This document shows, one piece after another, positions 13,635-26,849 of a stretch of 35,065 nucleotides of DNA. The notes under the pieces are model-generated. The model worked only from the letters and a program-made list of their open reading frames with translations, searched no databases and was not told the DNA's origin. Made by a program: the position numbers and the translations under genes. Source of the DNA: Octopus bimaculoides. Taxonomy: Eukaryota. Positions within the stretch are counted from its first letter, which is position 1; every line of letters starts with the position of its first letter. The DNA lies in NCBI RefSeq assembly GCF_001194135.2, contig NC_068988.1, forward strand, positions 22,702,675 to 22,737,739, in the 5' to 3' direction.

Positions 13635-13794
13635 GTTGTACCTGTAATTCAAGAAAACCCTGTTACATTTGAGAACCACTTTTGGTAACGTGTGTCTGCG
13701 GAATGCTCAACCACTTGCATGTTATTTTCACGAGCAGGCTGCTCCGTTGATTGGCTCAACAGGAATGCGCTTCGTCGTAATCGACGGAGTGACA
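13635..13794 (+). mobile_element. SINE 3' module C (diverged)
   Basis: gttgtacctgtaattc...ccacttgcatgttattttcacgagcaggctgctccgttgat...gacggagtg is the reverse complement of 32488-32670. Confidence 0.85.
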
Positions 13795-16700
13795 TGATTG
13801 TGAAGAGGGATACAATTGGTACTCTGTATCGAATTTATAAGCCTACAACTATACTTAAATGCGTGTATATAAATCAGGGTCACCACGTTACAGTATATAA
13901 AGGCGGTCGTTTTCTTTCGCTTTGTCCAATTGATCCTATTATTTCTGCCAAATCATCAATCGATAAAACATAAGCATTAGCAAGTTTCTCTCTCTTTTGT
14001 ACGTTACTTACATGGGACACATCAAATTTTGTAACTCCTCCAACTGACTGCTCGTTTGAAATCACCTAGTTCACTAAACATCCATTAAATTGTTTTGTAT
14101 TCAGATGCTTTTAAGAATTCTTATTATTCAGAACTGATTGATTTTCCATGTAAGCTAGTTCATATACAAGCATAAATCTTAATTAGAACGAGAATATTGT
14201 AATAAATGGTTCTTTATATACGTATATACAGAAACTTTTACATCAAACAAGCAATCTGCAAATGTCTGGTTCCTATAGAAGTGAGAAATGAGGAAGACGC
14301 TATCAAAATTGTCCAGTAAGTATGCAGCAAATATGCAATTTTTACTTTGAAATCGTATTTATTGTTATTTATATTGTTATTCATATTGTTATTCACTGTT
14401 TCTTGTTTTAAGAGATACGAACACGACATACGACAGAGGAAAACGTTAAACCATTCGTCAATTTCCGGTTACTTATTTACTCCATTACTAAGACAATATT
14501 CCTGTCTTTATGCTTACCTGTTGTATATATTTTAAAAATAATTGCGGCATATTTATCGGGGAAGTGTCTCAGAATTTCTTTATGTATTTTTACACGAACG
14601 GTAAGAACTGAGTGCATATTAAATGAAATCAAAGTTTTTCTATGGAACAAATGTTTAAATCGTTAATTCTTAACAAGGAGTCCAAGGGGTAGTTTCGTGA
14701 GTTCCAGCAGGTGATTGCCACTGTAGGTTGCAATTTTCCGTTCTTTTTGCGCATTATTTTGCTAGATTTCTTTTTATGTTTACTAAATTTGTTGGAGAAT
14801 ATTTTCGATAAATATTTTTTTAAAATTGCTATGTAACAAATTACGTTGTACAGATGATAATATTTTTCAATACATACTTTCTTGGGAAGGTAAGGTGCTT
14901 TATAAAGAACATTTGCTACTATCTTAAATCATTTAGAGACACGGTGCTCAATGTCTACGCTTCAAGTGTAACTTCAACAAGAAAATTGCATCAAAGCTGC
15001 ATGATAGTGGCGTCAGACGTGGCATGCAGATAATCATAATAACTTGTTTGATATTGCTTTTTATTATTGACTTCAGTTTTACGAATTCAGTGTACACATG
15101 TGCACTGCGTGCTCATACTTCTTTTTCCGGTTCCTTTTCAAAACTGTTCACAACTCACAGCCATCTCACAGACCTGCGATCGTGAGGAGCGCGAAGTGCT
15201 CCGATGGTTGTGAAGAAACTGTCTGGATTTTTTTCTTTTTATCATGCATACATACTCTTTCCCTTTAAAATATCACAACTCGTAAAATAGATTAACTTAT
15301 TTTATATTATGCAGAAGAATAGCTCGGTATTCTGCTGAGATGAGCACTGGGTGGTTTTATAAAGGATAAATTAAGTTTATGTAAGCTCCGGTTATGTATA
15401 GTAGGTCCTGATTCATAAATATCTGTGCATTCCTGTTAGAGAACCAGTTGTCGGTCAAAATTTAGAAGACACATACAAGTTCCAGATAAGAGCGGATATA
15501 TAAAGATATCGTATGAGGCCCCATCGATGAGCGAGTGGATAATCTCTGTCACATGAAGCAGTCCTCCTGTGTAATGGTTACAAATATCGAACGCCTCAGA
15601 TATAAGTTCAGGAAAGCCAAAACAGTTACTGAGCCCTCTGTATATATACCAGAGGAATAGAACGGTTTATATTTCCCAAAGAGAAAACAAATCATGAATC
15701 TCCAGATTGTGTCAGGAGAGTCGATGATCTCTGATGCCTGTAAAACAGTTATCACACACATACACACGCACGCATGCTGACGAGTTGAGCATAAAACATG
15801 TAAAAGAAATTCTAAATGAAACAAAATAAAATCCGTGCAGCAGAGCAAAAGAGGTAAAATTGTGAGAACATGTGAGTTTAACAGAAAATTAAATTTCAAT
15901 GTTTTGGGAAAAAGCATGCTGACTTTTTAACCAGGAAATTGTAACTGACAGCTACGGATATGTTTTGGCTGTGTTAGAATTCAACAGGTGTTTTTGGAAT
16001 CACCCCTACTAAATATGAAATTTGAATTTTATGTGAAATCAAATCAAATTCGAATTTGTGGAAATTATCTCCACTGATCTCTAATAGTCGCTAACTATTG
16101 TCACTAAGTTTCTTTGGGTTACTTTCCATTACTAGCAGGAAAATTTGAATGTATTTAGAATTATTTTTGCGTACATCATACAGTACAGTTAATGCCTAAC
16201 TGAATAATCTAAATTCATACCGTTGTCCTACTTGAGTTATTTCCCATAGCTTACAATTTCTAATTGCATATTATGTAGTGGTTGCTATAGGAAAAGAAAA
16301 TGTCCTTCCCAAGTATATATTCATTCATAAATACACCAAAACACACTAGTAAATTTATTTCTGTGCGAATAAGCAATGATATATTACATATGTATTCATA
16401 TACATATGTGTTTGAATGAGTGTGCGTGCAGATGTATCTTCTTTTATATTTGCGAATATATGTACAAATGCATTGAAGTATATATGTGCTTATGTACCGT
16501 GTATATCAATGCGTATATAACAGTTTCTGTAGATATTGTCAGAAGAAATTATCTGATAATCAGATAGTAATACCATGAGCATGGATGGATAAAGGCTTTT
16601 TGCTAAGCACTGTCTAACTTGTCTAGTTTCAGCATTGCAACAAACGAGATTGCTTCCGCTTGCCTGAACCTAATACAATCGTAGTCATTATCAATCCAAA

Positions 16701-16798
16701 ATGACATCAAAGTGAATTTTCTTACATAAATATACTTAATTCTTGAAAATGTCGGAAATTCAGCGTCCAATCGATAAGGTATTACACACGCACCCCCC

Positions 16799-16836
<38 letters not shown>

Positions 16837-17248
16837 ATATATANNNNNNNNNNNNNNNNNNNNNNNNNNNNNNNNNNNNNNNNNNNNNNNNNNNNNNNNN
16901 NNNNNNNNNNNNNNNNNNNNNNNNNNNNNNNNNNNNNNNNNNNNNNNNNNNNNNNNNNNNNNNNNNNNNNNNNNNNNNNNNNNNNNNNNNNNNNNNNNNN
17001 NNNNNNNNNNNNNNNNNNNNNNNNNNNNNNNNNNNNNNNNNNNNNNNNNNNNNNNNNNNNNNNNNNNNNNNNNNNNNNNNNNNNNNNNNNNNNNNNNNNN
17101 NNNNNNNNNNNNNNNNNNNNNNNNNNNNNNNNNNNNNNNNNNNNNNNNNNNNNNNNNNNNNNNNNNNNNNNNNNNNNNNNNNNNNNNNNNNNNNNNNNNN
17201 NNNNNNNNNNNNNNNNNNNNNNNNNNNNATATATACACACACACACAG

Positions 17249-17281
<33 letters not shown>

Positions 17282-18123
17282 AAAACATACATATACATAT
17301 ATATAAATATACATATATATATATATATATACATATATATACATGCGTGTATATTTATACATGCATGCATACATATGCATATAGACATTGGTGTGTAGAT
17401 ATCTATGTTTATGATAGTGATGCTTTATATTCTCCATCTCTTTCCACTGCACTTAATTTACTTTATCATGACAAGACTTCTCTGACCACTAAGCCCGGTC
17501 AGTTGGGGTAAAATATTGCGTTTTGTTTCTCGTGATATATGAATGATTTGGCCTGCTGTTGCGTTGCAAAATTGTGCAGACTTTGCCAGTTAACACGCAT
17601 ACATATGTTTATGCGTACATACGCACATATATACACATATATGTACATATATATATATATACATATATTTATACATGCATATATACTTACATATACATAT
17701 ATACGTATAGATATATATATATTCATACATACATACACATATACATACCCACATACACAGTAACAGACACATACTTATTGTTTTGTCACAGCGAGAGGGA
17801 GAGAGAGTGAGAGAGATTGAGAGGGGGAGAGAAATGTGTTATACCTTCGACCTTTTTATGGGGCCTTCGTGCATAGCTATGGGCGAAGATCAGAAACTTA
17901 AAGCCACGTCCTGTGGATTATCCACTGACAAATGCTAGGTTAAACTGGTAAAATCAGTCTTATGTGTTTCCGCAGGAAATCACAGCATCAGATTATTTAT
18001 TCATTCCTTCATTTTGCACGAGATATTACGAACTTTACGGTATTACATACACCGAAAAATTCCTTGATTTCTTGTATCAATTCGTGACATCATTTTTGTA
18101 TCTGCCGTGTTCTTCAATTTTAC

Positions 18124-18345
18124 CTCTTTTACTCTTTTACTTGTTTCAGTCATTTGACTGTGGCCATGCTGGAGCACCGCCTTTAGTCGAGCAGAACGAC
18201 CCCCACGACGTTGGAAGCCTAGTACTTAATCTATCGGACTCTTTTGCCGAACCGCTAACTTACGAGGACGTAAACACACCAGCATCGGTTGCCAAGCGAT
18301 GTTGGGAGGACAAACACAGACACATAAACATACACACACATACAT
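18124..18345 (-). mobile_element. SINE family A, 3' half (5'-truncated at the internal microsatellite)
   Basis: Matches 12928-13140. Confidence 0.9.
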
Positions 18346-18745
18346 ATAAAGCCACCAATAGAAGAGAATATAACTAAGAACTGCGTGTGCTCCATTCATG
18401 CAGCTGTGGTAGGTTATACAAAGGCGAAACAAGGCGCCCCCTCAAGATAAGGGTAGAGAAAATATTAAATGCAAGATAAGTCTACATTAATTCATATATT
18501 CGTGTCTTACGATTTGCCTTTCATTTACTTCGCATTGTTCTGGCCTTACCCACGATCCTTTACATAATACATATTTATATGTATATACATGTATACACCA
18601 TCTGAAAATGGGCCTTTGCACCTGAAATATAAAGGCTTTATAAGACTTTGCGTATTGTCAGAAGCTTTCTATTTTCTCTCTTTTTAACATCTTCGGTATT
18701 ACAATGTCTCAAGAGAACTACAACGGTCCTATATATATATATAAA

Positions 18746-18800
<55 letters not shown>

Positions 18801-18823
18801 ATATATATATATATGTATGTATG

Positions 18824-18860
<37 letters not shown>

Positions 18861-19710
18861 NNNNNNNNNNNNNNNNNNNNNNNNNNNNNNNNNNNNNNNN
18901 NNNNNNNNNNNNNNNNNNNNNNNNNNNNNNNNNNNNNNNNNNNNNNNNNNNNNNNNCATAAATACATATATATATATGTGTGTGCATAAATGAATATATA
19001 TATATATATATATTATATTATATTATATTATATTATATTATATTATATGTTTGTGTGTATGTGTGTATACAAGTGCACACACTGGTCTATGTTGGAAGGA
19101 ATCCAATTATTGCATTAAAGTCCTTGTCATATTCCACATAGCACAATTGTTGAAAAGCACAGGTTATAGGCATAAATTTTCGAAATGTAGGCTAAAATGA
19201 AGTTGCTGTCTCTGATGGAATTCGGAAGCTCATGTTTAACATAATGTTTTAACATCCGTTCGGACTCGTCGCAAATTTCAAAAACTTACATCAAACGTTT
19301 CTCTTGTTTTGAATACTTTACGCTTTACTGTAGGTGTTTATGCACGTGTATGAAACTGTAAACTAATGCTTAGACACCAGTCAATCTGCAGTCTCTTGCG
19401 TAATAAGTATACCACACAACGTGACTGTAAATTGGTCTAATTATTTCACATCTTATAACACATATTCGGGACAATTTTCGTGTTTTCTCCCTTTTTGTTT
19501 TAATCCTCTATTCTTCACTGACCACAATTTTTCTCTACTAATTTTCTTTCTCCATCACCAGAATAAATCATCCGGTGTCACTGTCAAGTCACGGTAAAAC
19601 ATTCGAACTATATACAGAGATATGTATATACATATATACTTATATATGTATAAATATATATATGCGTATATGAGCGTATATGTATATAAATGTATATATA
19701 TATATATATG

Positions 19711-19776
<66 letters not shown>

Positions 19777-20130
19777 NNNNNNNNNNNNNNNNNNNNNNNN
19801 NNNNNNNNNNNNNNNNNNNNNNNNNNNNNNNNNNNNNNNNNNNNNNNNNNNNNNNNNNNNNNNNNNNNNNNNNNNNNNNNNNNNNNNNNNNNNNNNNNNN
19901 NNNNNNNNNNNNNNNNNNNNNNNNNNNNNNNNNNNNNNNNNNNNNNNNNNNNNNNNNNNNNNNNNNNNNNNNNNNNNNNNNNNNNNNNNNNNNNNNNNNN
20001 NNNNNNNNNNNNNNNNNNNNNNNNNNNNNNNNNNNNNNNNNNNNNNNNNNNNNNNNNNNNNNNNNNNNNNNNNNNNNNNNNNNNNNNNNNNNNNNNNNNN
20101 NNNNNNNNNNNNNNNNNNNNNNNNNNNNTG

Positions 20131-20194
<64 letters not shown>

Positions 20195-20338
20195 TATAGC
20201 ACTTCTATGCACACGTATACGCACATATATGTCATAACTTTCACCGCTAATGTAATTGTCATGAGACCGTTCGGATTTATTAGATTAATATCCATACGTA
20301 TATATGTGATGTTTGATGTTGCTTTCCACTGTATATAC

Positions 20339-20369
<31 letters not shown>

Positions 20370-21034
20370 GTATGTATGTATGTTTATATATTTGTATATA
20401 CGAACATGCACATCGTATGCATATGTACGTGCATATAGATATACATATATACAGATATTGGATATGCGTATATATGTATACGCATATTCATACCCCCCCC
20501 ACACACACACGTCTGTGCGCGCGCGCACGTGTGTTTGCATGTGCGTGCGTGTGGCCTTATCAATCATCTAGAACTTAATCCGCTCAATATTTCAACATCA
20601 GCCGAGATTATTTATGATTCAGAAGATAGATTTCCATGGATTTCCTTGGATTCGTTAGCAACTGGCTGCCGAATTATAACTTACCTACTTTTTATGTTTT
20701 TCCCACAAACATGCCCAAGCCTTCAGCTACTGCGTTCTAATCAAATTTATCGACATCAATGATAAATCTGCTACAACACCCAGTGAAACGGTGAAAATCC
20801 AATATTTAACACTGGTCTAAAATAAGGTTGGGAAAGCTTCCTTGTCAGAATTAGCAAGACTGTAATATCGGACAATTTTTAGACATAAAGGCTAGAGTTT
20901 CTCTACAGAAAATCAGGTGACTCAAAAACACCTCTCCATAATTACCTTTGATTATCGCCATGTTCGTTGACTGCCACGAACCTGAAGAATCATTGGTAAA
21001 ATAAATGAATCTTGTGAAATAGTTAACAATGGAA

Positions 21035-21212
21035 GTGTAGGCGCCTGACCTAGTTGTTATGGGATATACCACTCGTGGTCACAAGATCGTGGTTTCGGTT
21101 CTCGGTCAGGGTGGTACGTGTTGTTCTTGGGCTAAGCACTTCATTTCGGGTTATTACAGTCCGCTCAGCTGTAAATATCTAATCAGCTGCTTTATGCCAT
21201 GGAAACCAGGTA
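21035..21212 (+). mobile_element. Old tRNA-derived SINE with CORE-like segment
   Basis: gtaggcgcctgacctagttgtta (A-box-like) ... gatcgtggtttcggttc (B-box-like) ... ttcttgggctaagcacttcatttc...cagtccgctcagctgtaaat; ends gccatggaaaccagg, like the tail of the 30314 copy. Confidence 0.7.
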
Positions 21213-21609
21213 ATATTCCCTGTATATATCCTGGGTCTCGATCCAGTAATATTCAGGGTGTGATAACGGTGAAAGTATCAACAACACATGTAATAAATAC
21301 AGTTAGCTTGTTTCACGTTACGTTACCAAATATATAAGGGGACAATGAGATGTGAAATGATGATAGTTATGCAGATAAAGGCAGATTCGGGGGGGAATCG
21401 TAGAGACTTAATTAATCAGAGCTGAACTCCAAAATCCCATGTTGTACACATGAAAACAGTTTACCGCTGAATACGTGATAAAATATTTACAAATATAATA
21501 TTTATTTAATTTATAGAAAATTGCTCTCTGTGTTGATTTTATGTTATGGTAGGTCATACAGACACACACGCACACACACCCAAAATACATACATTCATCA
21601 GTTCCATCT

Positions 21610-21688
21610 ATCTTTCTCTTTCTCTCTCTCTCTGTCTATCTTTCTCTTTCTCTCTCTCTCTGTCTATCTTTCTCTTTCTCACTCTAAA

Positions 21689-21728
<40 letters not shown>

Positions 21729-21733
21729 CATCC

Positions 21734-21797
<64 letters not shown>

Positions 21798-21800
21798 CAC
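21610..21800. repeat. (CT)n + (CTAT)n microsatellite
   Basis: Direct reading. Confidence 0.95.
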
Positions 21801-22479
21801 ACATACACATAATCACACATGGCATCAAATACACACACAAGAAATTGATCGTTGTTTTAGAAAAACGCGGTGACCTTTTGCTTTTGGAGCTACAGGATTC
21901 GAAAAGCAAAAATGAAATGAACTTTATCTCCCGAGTAAGTGAAATGAATAAGCGAATGCTTAGAAATGCACAAATGAGAAATTTGCTTTATCTAATTTTA
22001 TTTTAAAGTAATAAATTATTTTCCTTTTCAGAACTAGTAACCGTTTCATCATTTCCTATTGGCACCAAGATATTTCATAAAAGTCTAAATAATAATTATT
22101 TTATATATGCCATAGTTCCTGACATTACCCATGATAGTAAAAATATACTTCCAAAGTTATACACCATTCGACGGGTAACACTGTAGTGTCCCTAATGTTT
22201 GAATTTTTGCAGCTCTTCTAATTCGCTCGATTGTCATAAGGTGTGTGCGTGTGTGTGTGTGTGTGTGTATGTGTGTGTGTGTGTGTGTGTGTGCGTGCGT
22301 GTGTGTATGTGTGTGTGTAAAACAATTAGATCAACATAAATACTGTGACATGTACGAAACAGAATTGACTTAGAATTGAATATATTCCTCTTAAAAGACC
22401 TTACGCTTTTCATTTTCTTTTGGAGCAAGATTGGGGCGTACATTTTGATATTCACATCAAGTCAGCAATATGGTATTTC

Positions 22480-22905
22480 AGAATAATGGCTTCATGTAAG
22501 CATGGTTTATTATTCCCGTCAAGTAACGATAACTAACTAATGATCAGCTTACTGATAGGTATTTGTGGCCATTTCGTTCAATGACCGATTGCAATTTGTC
22601 GACTGTTGCTGGTTTCATTTAACTCCATAAGAAAATGTCCATATGTGTGAAGTCTGTTGAACGCGGAGAGAACTCTACTTAAGCTCTATTTCCAACCTAC
22701 CTGTTTGGCAAGGTCTCATCAAGGTAGGTGTCTACATTACTAGAGTAATGAGATGAGCGCAGCTTGTTGCAAATACACTCCACATCTTCAAAGTCTTCTT
22801 GACTGCTATGCATGACACATAGTTATAGCAAGTCCGAACATGTATGATCAGGGGAGTTACAGTACCGTCTAAATGAATGTTCCAAAAACGCCATTACTTT
22901 TGAGA
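22480..22905 (-). pseudogene. Decayed IS630-Tc1-mariner transposase relic, rosa/DD41D-like (C-terminal catalytic half)
   Basis: Manual minus-strand translation: DGTVT ... QEDFEDV ... YLQQ ... HYSSNVDTYLDETLPNR*VGNRA*VEFSPRSTDFTHMDIFLW ... KPATVDKL; matches the family pattern YFQQDGAPPH..VR.YLD..LPNRWIGR...PPRSPDLTP.DFFLWG. Stops and frameshifts present. Confidence 0.85.
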
Positions 22906-22965
22906 ATTTATAAAATTACTATTTTTAAATCTCACAATGTGAGATATTCAGCAACAGTACTTTGT

Positions 22966-23168
22966 AGTGAAGATTGTTTGCCAACATAACATGGCAGTCC
23001 TGGTTTAGGACGAATGTTGCTGTAATTTAGCCCCAGGAGACATCGTCTCCAGATGGCTATACGACACGATGTGTCCCTTTTTTTTTAACCAGCTGGAGAC
23101 GATGTCTCCTGGGGCTAAATTGCTGCAACATTAATCCTAAACCAAGATGTTGGCAAGCAATCTTTACT
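22966..23168. mobile_element. Fold-back/MITE-like palindromic element (about 200 bp)
   Basis: Arms 23004-23056 and 23089-23141 pair at 48/53 with a 29-bp perfect core; outer arms extend to 22966/23168 with one indel. Confidence 0.8.
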
Positions 23169-23984
23169 TCTGAAAAATTGTTTAACTTACATTATGCGCG
23201 TTCAGATTTTGTCTAAATATCATGTGTTTCAAAGTTAAATTTGCGATATTCCAAATTTATATTTCATGCAACATGCGACAACTTTATGAAAACGCTTAAA
23301 CTCAAATCCAAGAATCCATTCCAGTGTTATGTCAATCAGATATCGTAAATAGCTTCTTTGTTAATTACAAAAATTATCTTTGTAAATGGGAATAAATGGG
23401 ATGTTACTTTACTAAAATAGATCACCAGTGGGTTTTTTTTTCTTTTTGATGTTCTGGATTAAAAAAGAAGCCAAACGCAATCGAACTATAACCACATCCA
23501 CCTACCTCTACTACACTAAACAAGAGCAACACAATGTTTAAAGAAACAAAATCATTAACCACATGTGTTCTCGAAAATTTTCTTAGTCACTGCGATCACG
23601 ACTAACATTATCAATAATGGAGAATACAACAAGTGCAATAACAGAAACAGCAACGGTGCTTCTAGCTATCCATCAGTACATTGAAAAACAACAGAATTTC
23701 TTCGCTAACCCGAAAGCAAACGTTTGCTTTGTATTCCATTTGCGATGGATTTCGTATTATAATCTGCAATAAACCAACTGGAAAATCGCCATTAAAGAAA
23801 TAGGTATCAAATGATAGTGTAATGGTATTAATAATAGCAACAGCATGGATATCAGCATCAATGATGGGCATGAAATGATAGCGGACGGAAAACGAAATAG
23901 TGAAAGAATCGGTAATGATGATCGGTGGAGCACAATTCAAAGAATGGAAACAAAGACGTTAGCGATTGAAACAGCGCACGCACA

Positions 23985-23990
23985 CACACG

Positions 23991-24064
<74 letters not shown>
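23985..24064. repeat. (CA)n microsatellite
   Basis: Direct reading. Confidence 0.95.
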
Positions 24065-24066
<2 letters not shown>

Positions 24067-24269
24067 AACAAAACAACTGAGTAAAAATAATAATGGCTCA
24101 AACCGTACAATGCAGAGTATCCCTATAACGTATTCAGACAATGAAAGCTTATAAAATCGGTGTTAATTAAAATACATTTCATTTTCAAAATTGAATAAAA
24201 GCTACACATAAATTTAATTGATTTAATTTATTTATGATTGAGAATTTCATTTATTTATGATTTCTTGCT

Positions 24270-25135
24270 TTCAGTCTGATGACCGTTCTGCTTCAGGCAC
24301 TACTGATAACGCGAAGTAATGGAATCTTAAATATATCAAGGACTATTCTTTTCGGTATTCGTGGATTCCTCCGTTCAATGGCTACCCACAATTCTTCTAC
24401 TGTTGCCGTTTTGCGCTGTAAATTTTTGCTTCTGGCTAACACAGTAGAAAAAATGTCTTGTGGTGTGAAGTTCGGTGAACACAGAGGTTATTCTTCTGAT
24501 CGAATCAACCTGTTTGTTAAAATCTCATTAAGGTAGGCCCTTACATTAATATGGTAGAGTGGAAATGCCCAATTTGTTGGAAATAAGACGTTGCATCTTC
24601 AGAGATTTCAGAAGGATTAGCATGACAGACTGTCGTAGCAAGTTCACGCAAATGTGACCAGCCATACTACAGTCAAACAGAATGTTCCAATTAATCCTTT
24701 TAATGATAAGCTACACCAAACTGTAACTCTTAGTAAATTAACATAATATTTCTCTGTAATATGTTGATTCTTAGGTTCTCTCGAGGTGCAGATGCGGTGA
24801 TTGATTGAGCTATTTAATTTAAATTTAGTCTCATCATTACAAACAGTCTTACTTGGAAACTGTGCATCTTTTACACACCTTCCGAAGAACCAGTAATAAA
24901 ACTTCAGTCTTCCGTATGGATCACCTTCATCGACAGCAGGGATTATTCTTGGAATGTGACGTTCACAATGGGAGCGATTGAAATTTCGATGGCTGCCAGA
25001 ATCTGAAATTCATATTTCACGACGAACTTGCTCCAGAGATTTTGGTGAACTCTGTCAATACGTTTCTAGAAGTCTGTCTTGCTTTTCTCCTGGAACATTT
25101 TGAACAATTCCAGCTCTTATTCGAGTGATAGTAAA
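24270..25135 (-). pseudogene. Decayed rosa/DD41D-like transposase, most of the ORF
   Basis: Manual translation: SPKSLEQVRRE ... DEGDPYGRLKFYYWF ... KTVCNDETKFKLNSSINHRICT ... VTVWCSLSLKGLIG ... YFQQIG ... AYLNEILTNR ... SPNFTPQDIF ... KTATVEELWVAIE. Not in the ORF track. A possible degenerate TIR (cagagtatccctataa) lies at about 24113. Confidence 0.88.
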
Positions 25136-25363
25136 GTATATACATAGATCTTTGTGAAGCTCCTTCCTAAATTGCATTTGGACTTCGATTCCGTTTTCAA
25201 AACCAGCCAACATCAGTATAGACTAAATCTCATTTCTTGGTTGCAGCAAGGGATCCATACATACATACAAACATACATACATACATACATACACACATAC
25301 ATACATGCAAGTATACATGCTTACATACATGTATACATACATATATATATATATATGTTATAT

Positions 25364-25449
25364 ATTTGAAGAAAAGCAAGAAAAATGTATTAGGTCATAG
25401 CAGTGCGTACTGCTATGACCTAATACATTTTTGTTGCTTTTCTTCAAAT
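25364..25449. repeat. Near-perfect palindrome: 41-bp arms, 4-nt loop
   Basis: 25364-25404 pairs with 25409-25449 at 40/41; loop gcgt. Confidence 0.95.
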
Positions 25450-25775
25450 TTAATTCACTAAATCTCTTGATTTTACTTTTCGATTTTACCTTACCAAATT
25501 CTGGTGCCACAAACATTTTAAGTACCACATTCAATCTTTTGATTAAATCTCTANNNNNNNNNNNNNNNNNNNNNNNNNNNNNNNNNNNNNNNNNNNNNNN
25601 NNNNNNNNNNNNNNNNNNNNNNNNNNNNNNNNNNNNNNNNNNNNNNNNNNNNNNNNNNNNNNNNNNNNNNNNNNNNNNNNNNNNNNNNNNNNNNNNNNNN
25701 NNNNNNNNNNNNNNNNNNNNNNNNNNNNNNNNNNNNNNNNNNNNNNNNNNNNNNATACATACATACATACATACA

Positions 25776-25806
<31 letters not shown>

Positions 25807-26749
25807 GTATATATGCATGTATGTAGCACGTGAAAATAGGAAAGGAAGAGTCACATTAAATGATGATTCAAAATTAAACGACAAAACAAATGTGGAGGAA
25901 CAGTTTATGTCTGAAGGAAAACGAAATCTTTACTCGGAAAAATATGGGAAAATATGAAGAGACGGAAAGAAACTAGGATTTTCGTTTCTTCTTAAATCTA
26001 CAAAACAGTTAATAGAGAAAAGTTCACTTCTCTGGTTCCACAGAATACCTAACAAGTTTTAAAACGTACAAAAGCAATTAAGTTCAGGATACAAACAACT
26101 TGCAAAAGAGCGAATCCTCACAAAATTAAGTTTCAGTTATTATACTAAATTCAAAAGAAAACTACCTGAAGAATTCGGGTCAGTTTAATGTAAATGTCTC
26201 AAAAAGACTGTTGTTTTAGGTTGTATTCATAAATAAAGAAAATTTGAAACACATTGAAGTAAACGAGATCATGGAGTACCTAATTCAGCTTTGATTGAAA
26301 TATTTTAGAAGTCTTAATGTTTTTAAAATATATCGTTTCGATCACTACACGCTTTATTGTGTCTATTATTATTTGTCATTACAAATATGTGAGTGTAATC
26401 TTGTATAAGTCACTATATCGATGTATATACATGCATATTATGCGCGTATGTACATGTATACATTCACATAGATATATAGAAATATATGCATGTATTTATC
26501 TATATACGTGCATGTACATATATGTATATCTTCAGAATTCTTAACATGTCATTCTCTATATCTTAGGACGTCACTTACCACATCCTTATTCGTAAATTGC
26601 AAACGTGATTATACACCCTCCCACGTTATTCTTTCTTTGTTACCCCTAGTGAGCACTTTGCATTTTTTTTTGTATCTCTCCAGTCTTTGTGGCTAATAAA
26701 GAATAGATTATTATGATTATTAATGATATTAATAACAGTAGCATACATA

Positions 26750-26793
26750 GCAACAACCACCGCTACAACAACAACGACAATAATAATAATTAT

Positions 26794-26828
<35 letters not shown>

Positions 26829-26849
26829 CAACAATAATAATAATATTAA

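Noticed and set aside
14347-14535. Signal-peptide-like ORF (MKSYLLLFILLF...)
   Set aside because: TTG start; the hydrophobic stretch comes from a short ttattgttatt repeat.
17976-18120. Exon after the strong acceptor gtgtttccgcag
   Set aside because: No good donor, all frames unrecognisable, and the ORF continues into a SINE.
23620-24084. Protein-like text and ORFs on both strands (23662-23940, 23845-24084)
   Set aside because: Stops in every frame, no splice boundaries or recognisable motif, and it runs into (CA)n.
24274-24536. Plus-strand ORF/exon after a strong acceptor
   Set aside because: It is the antisense frame of the DD41D-like transposase relic.
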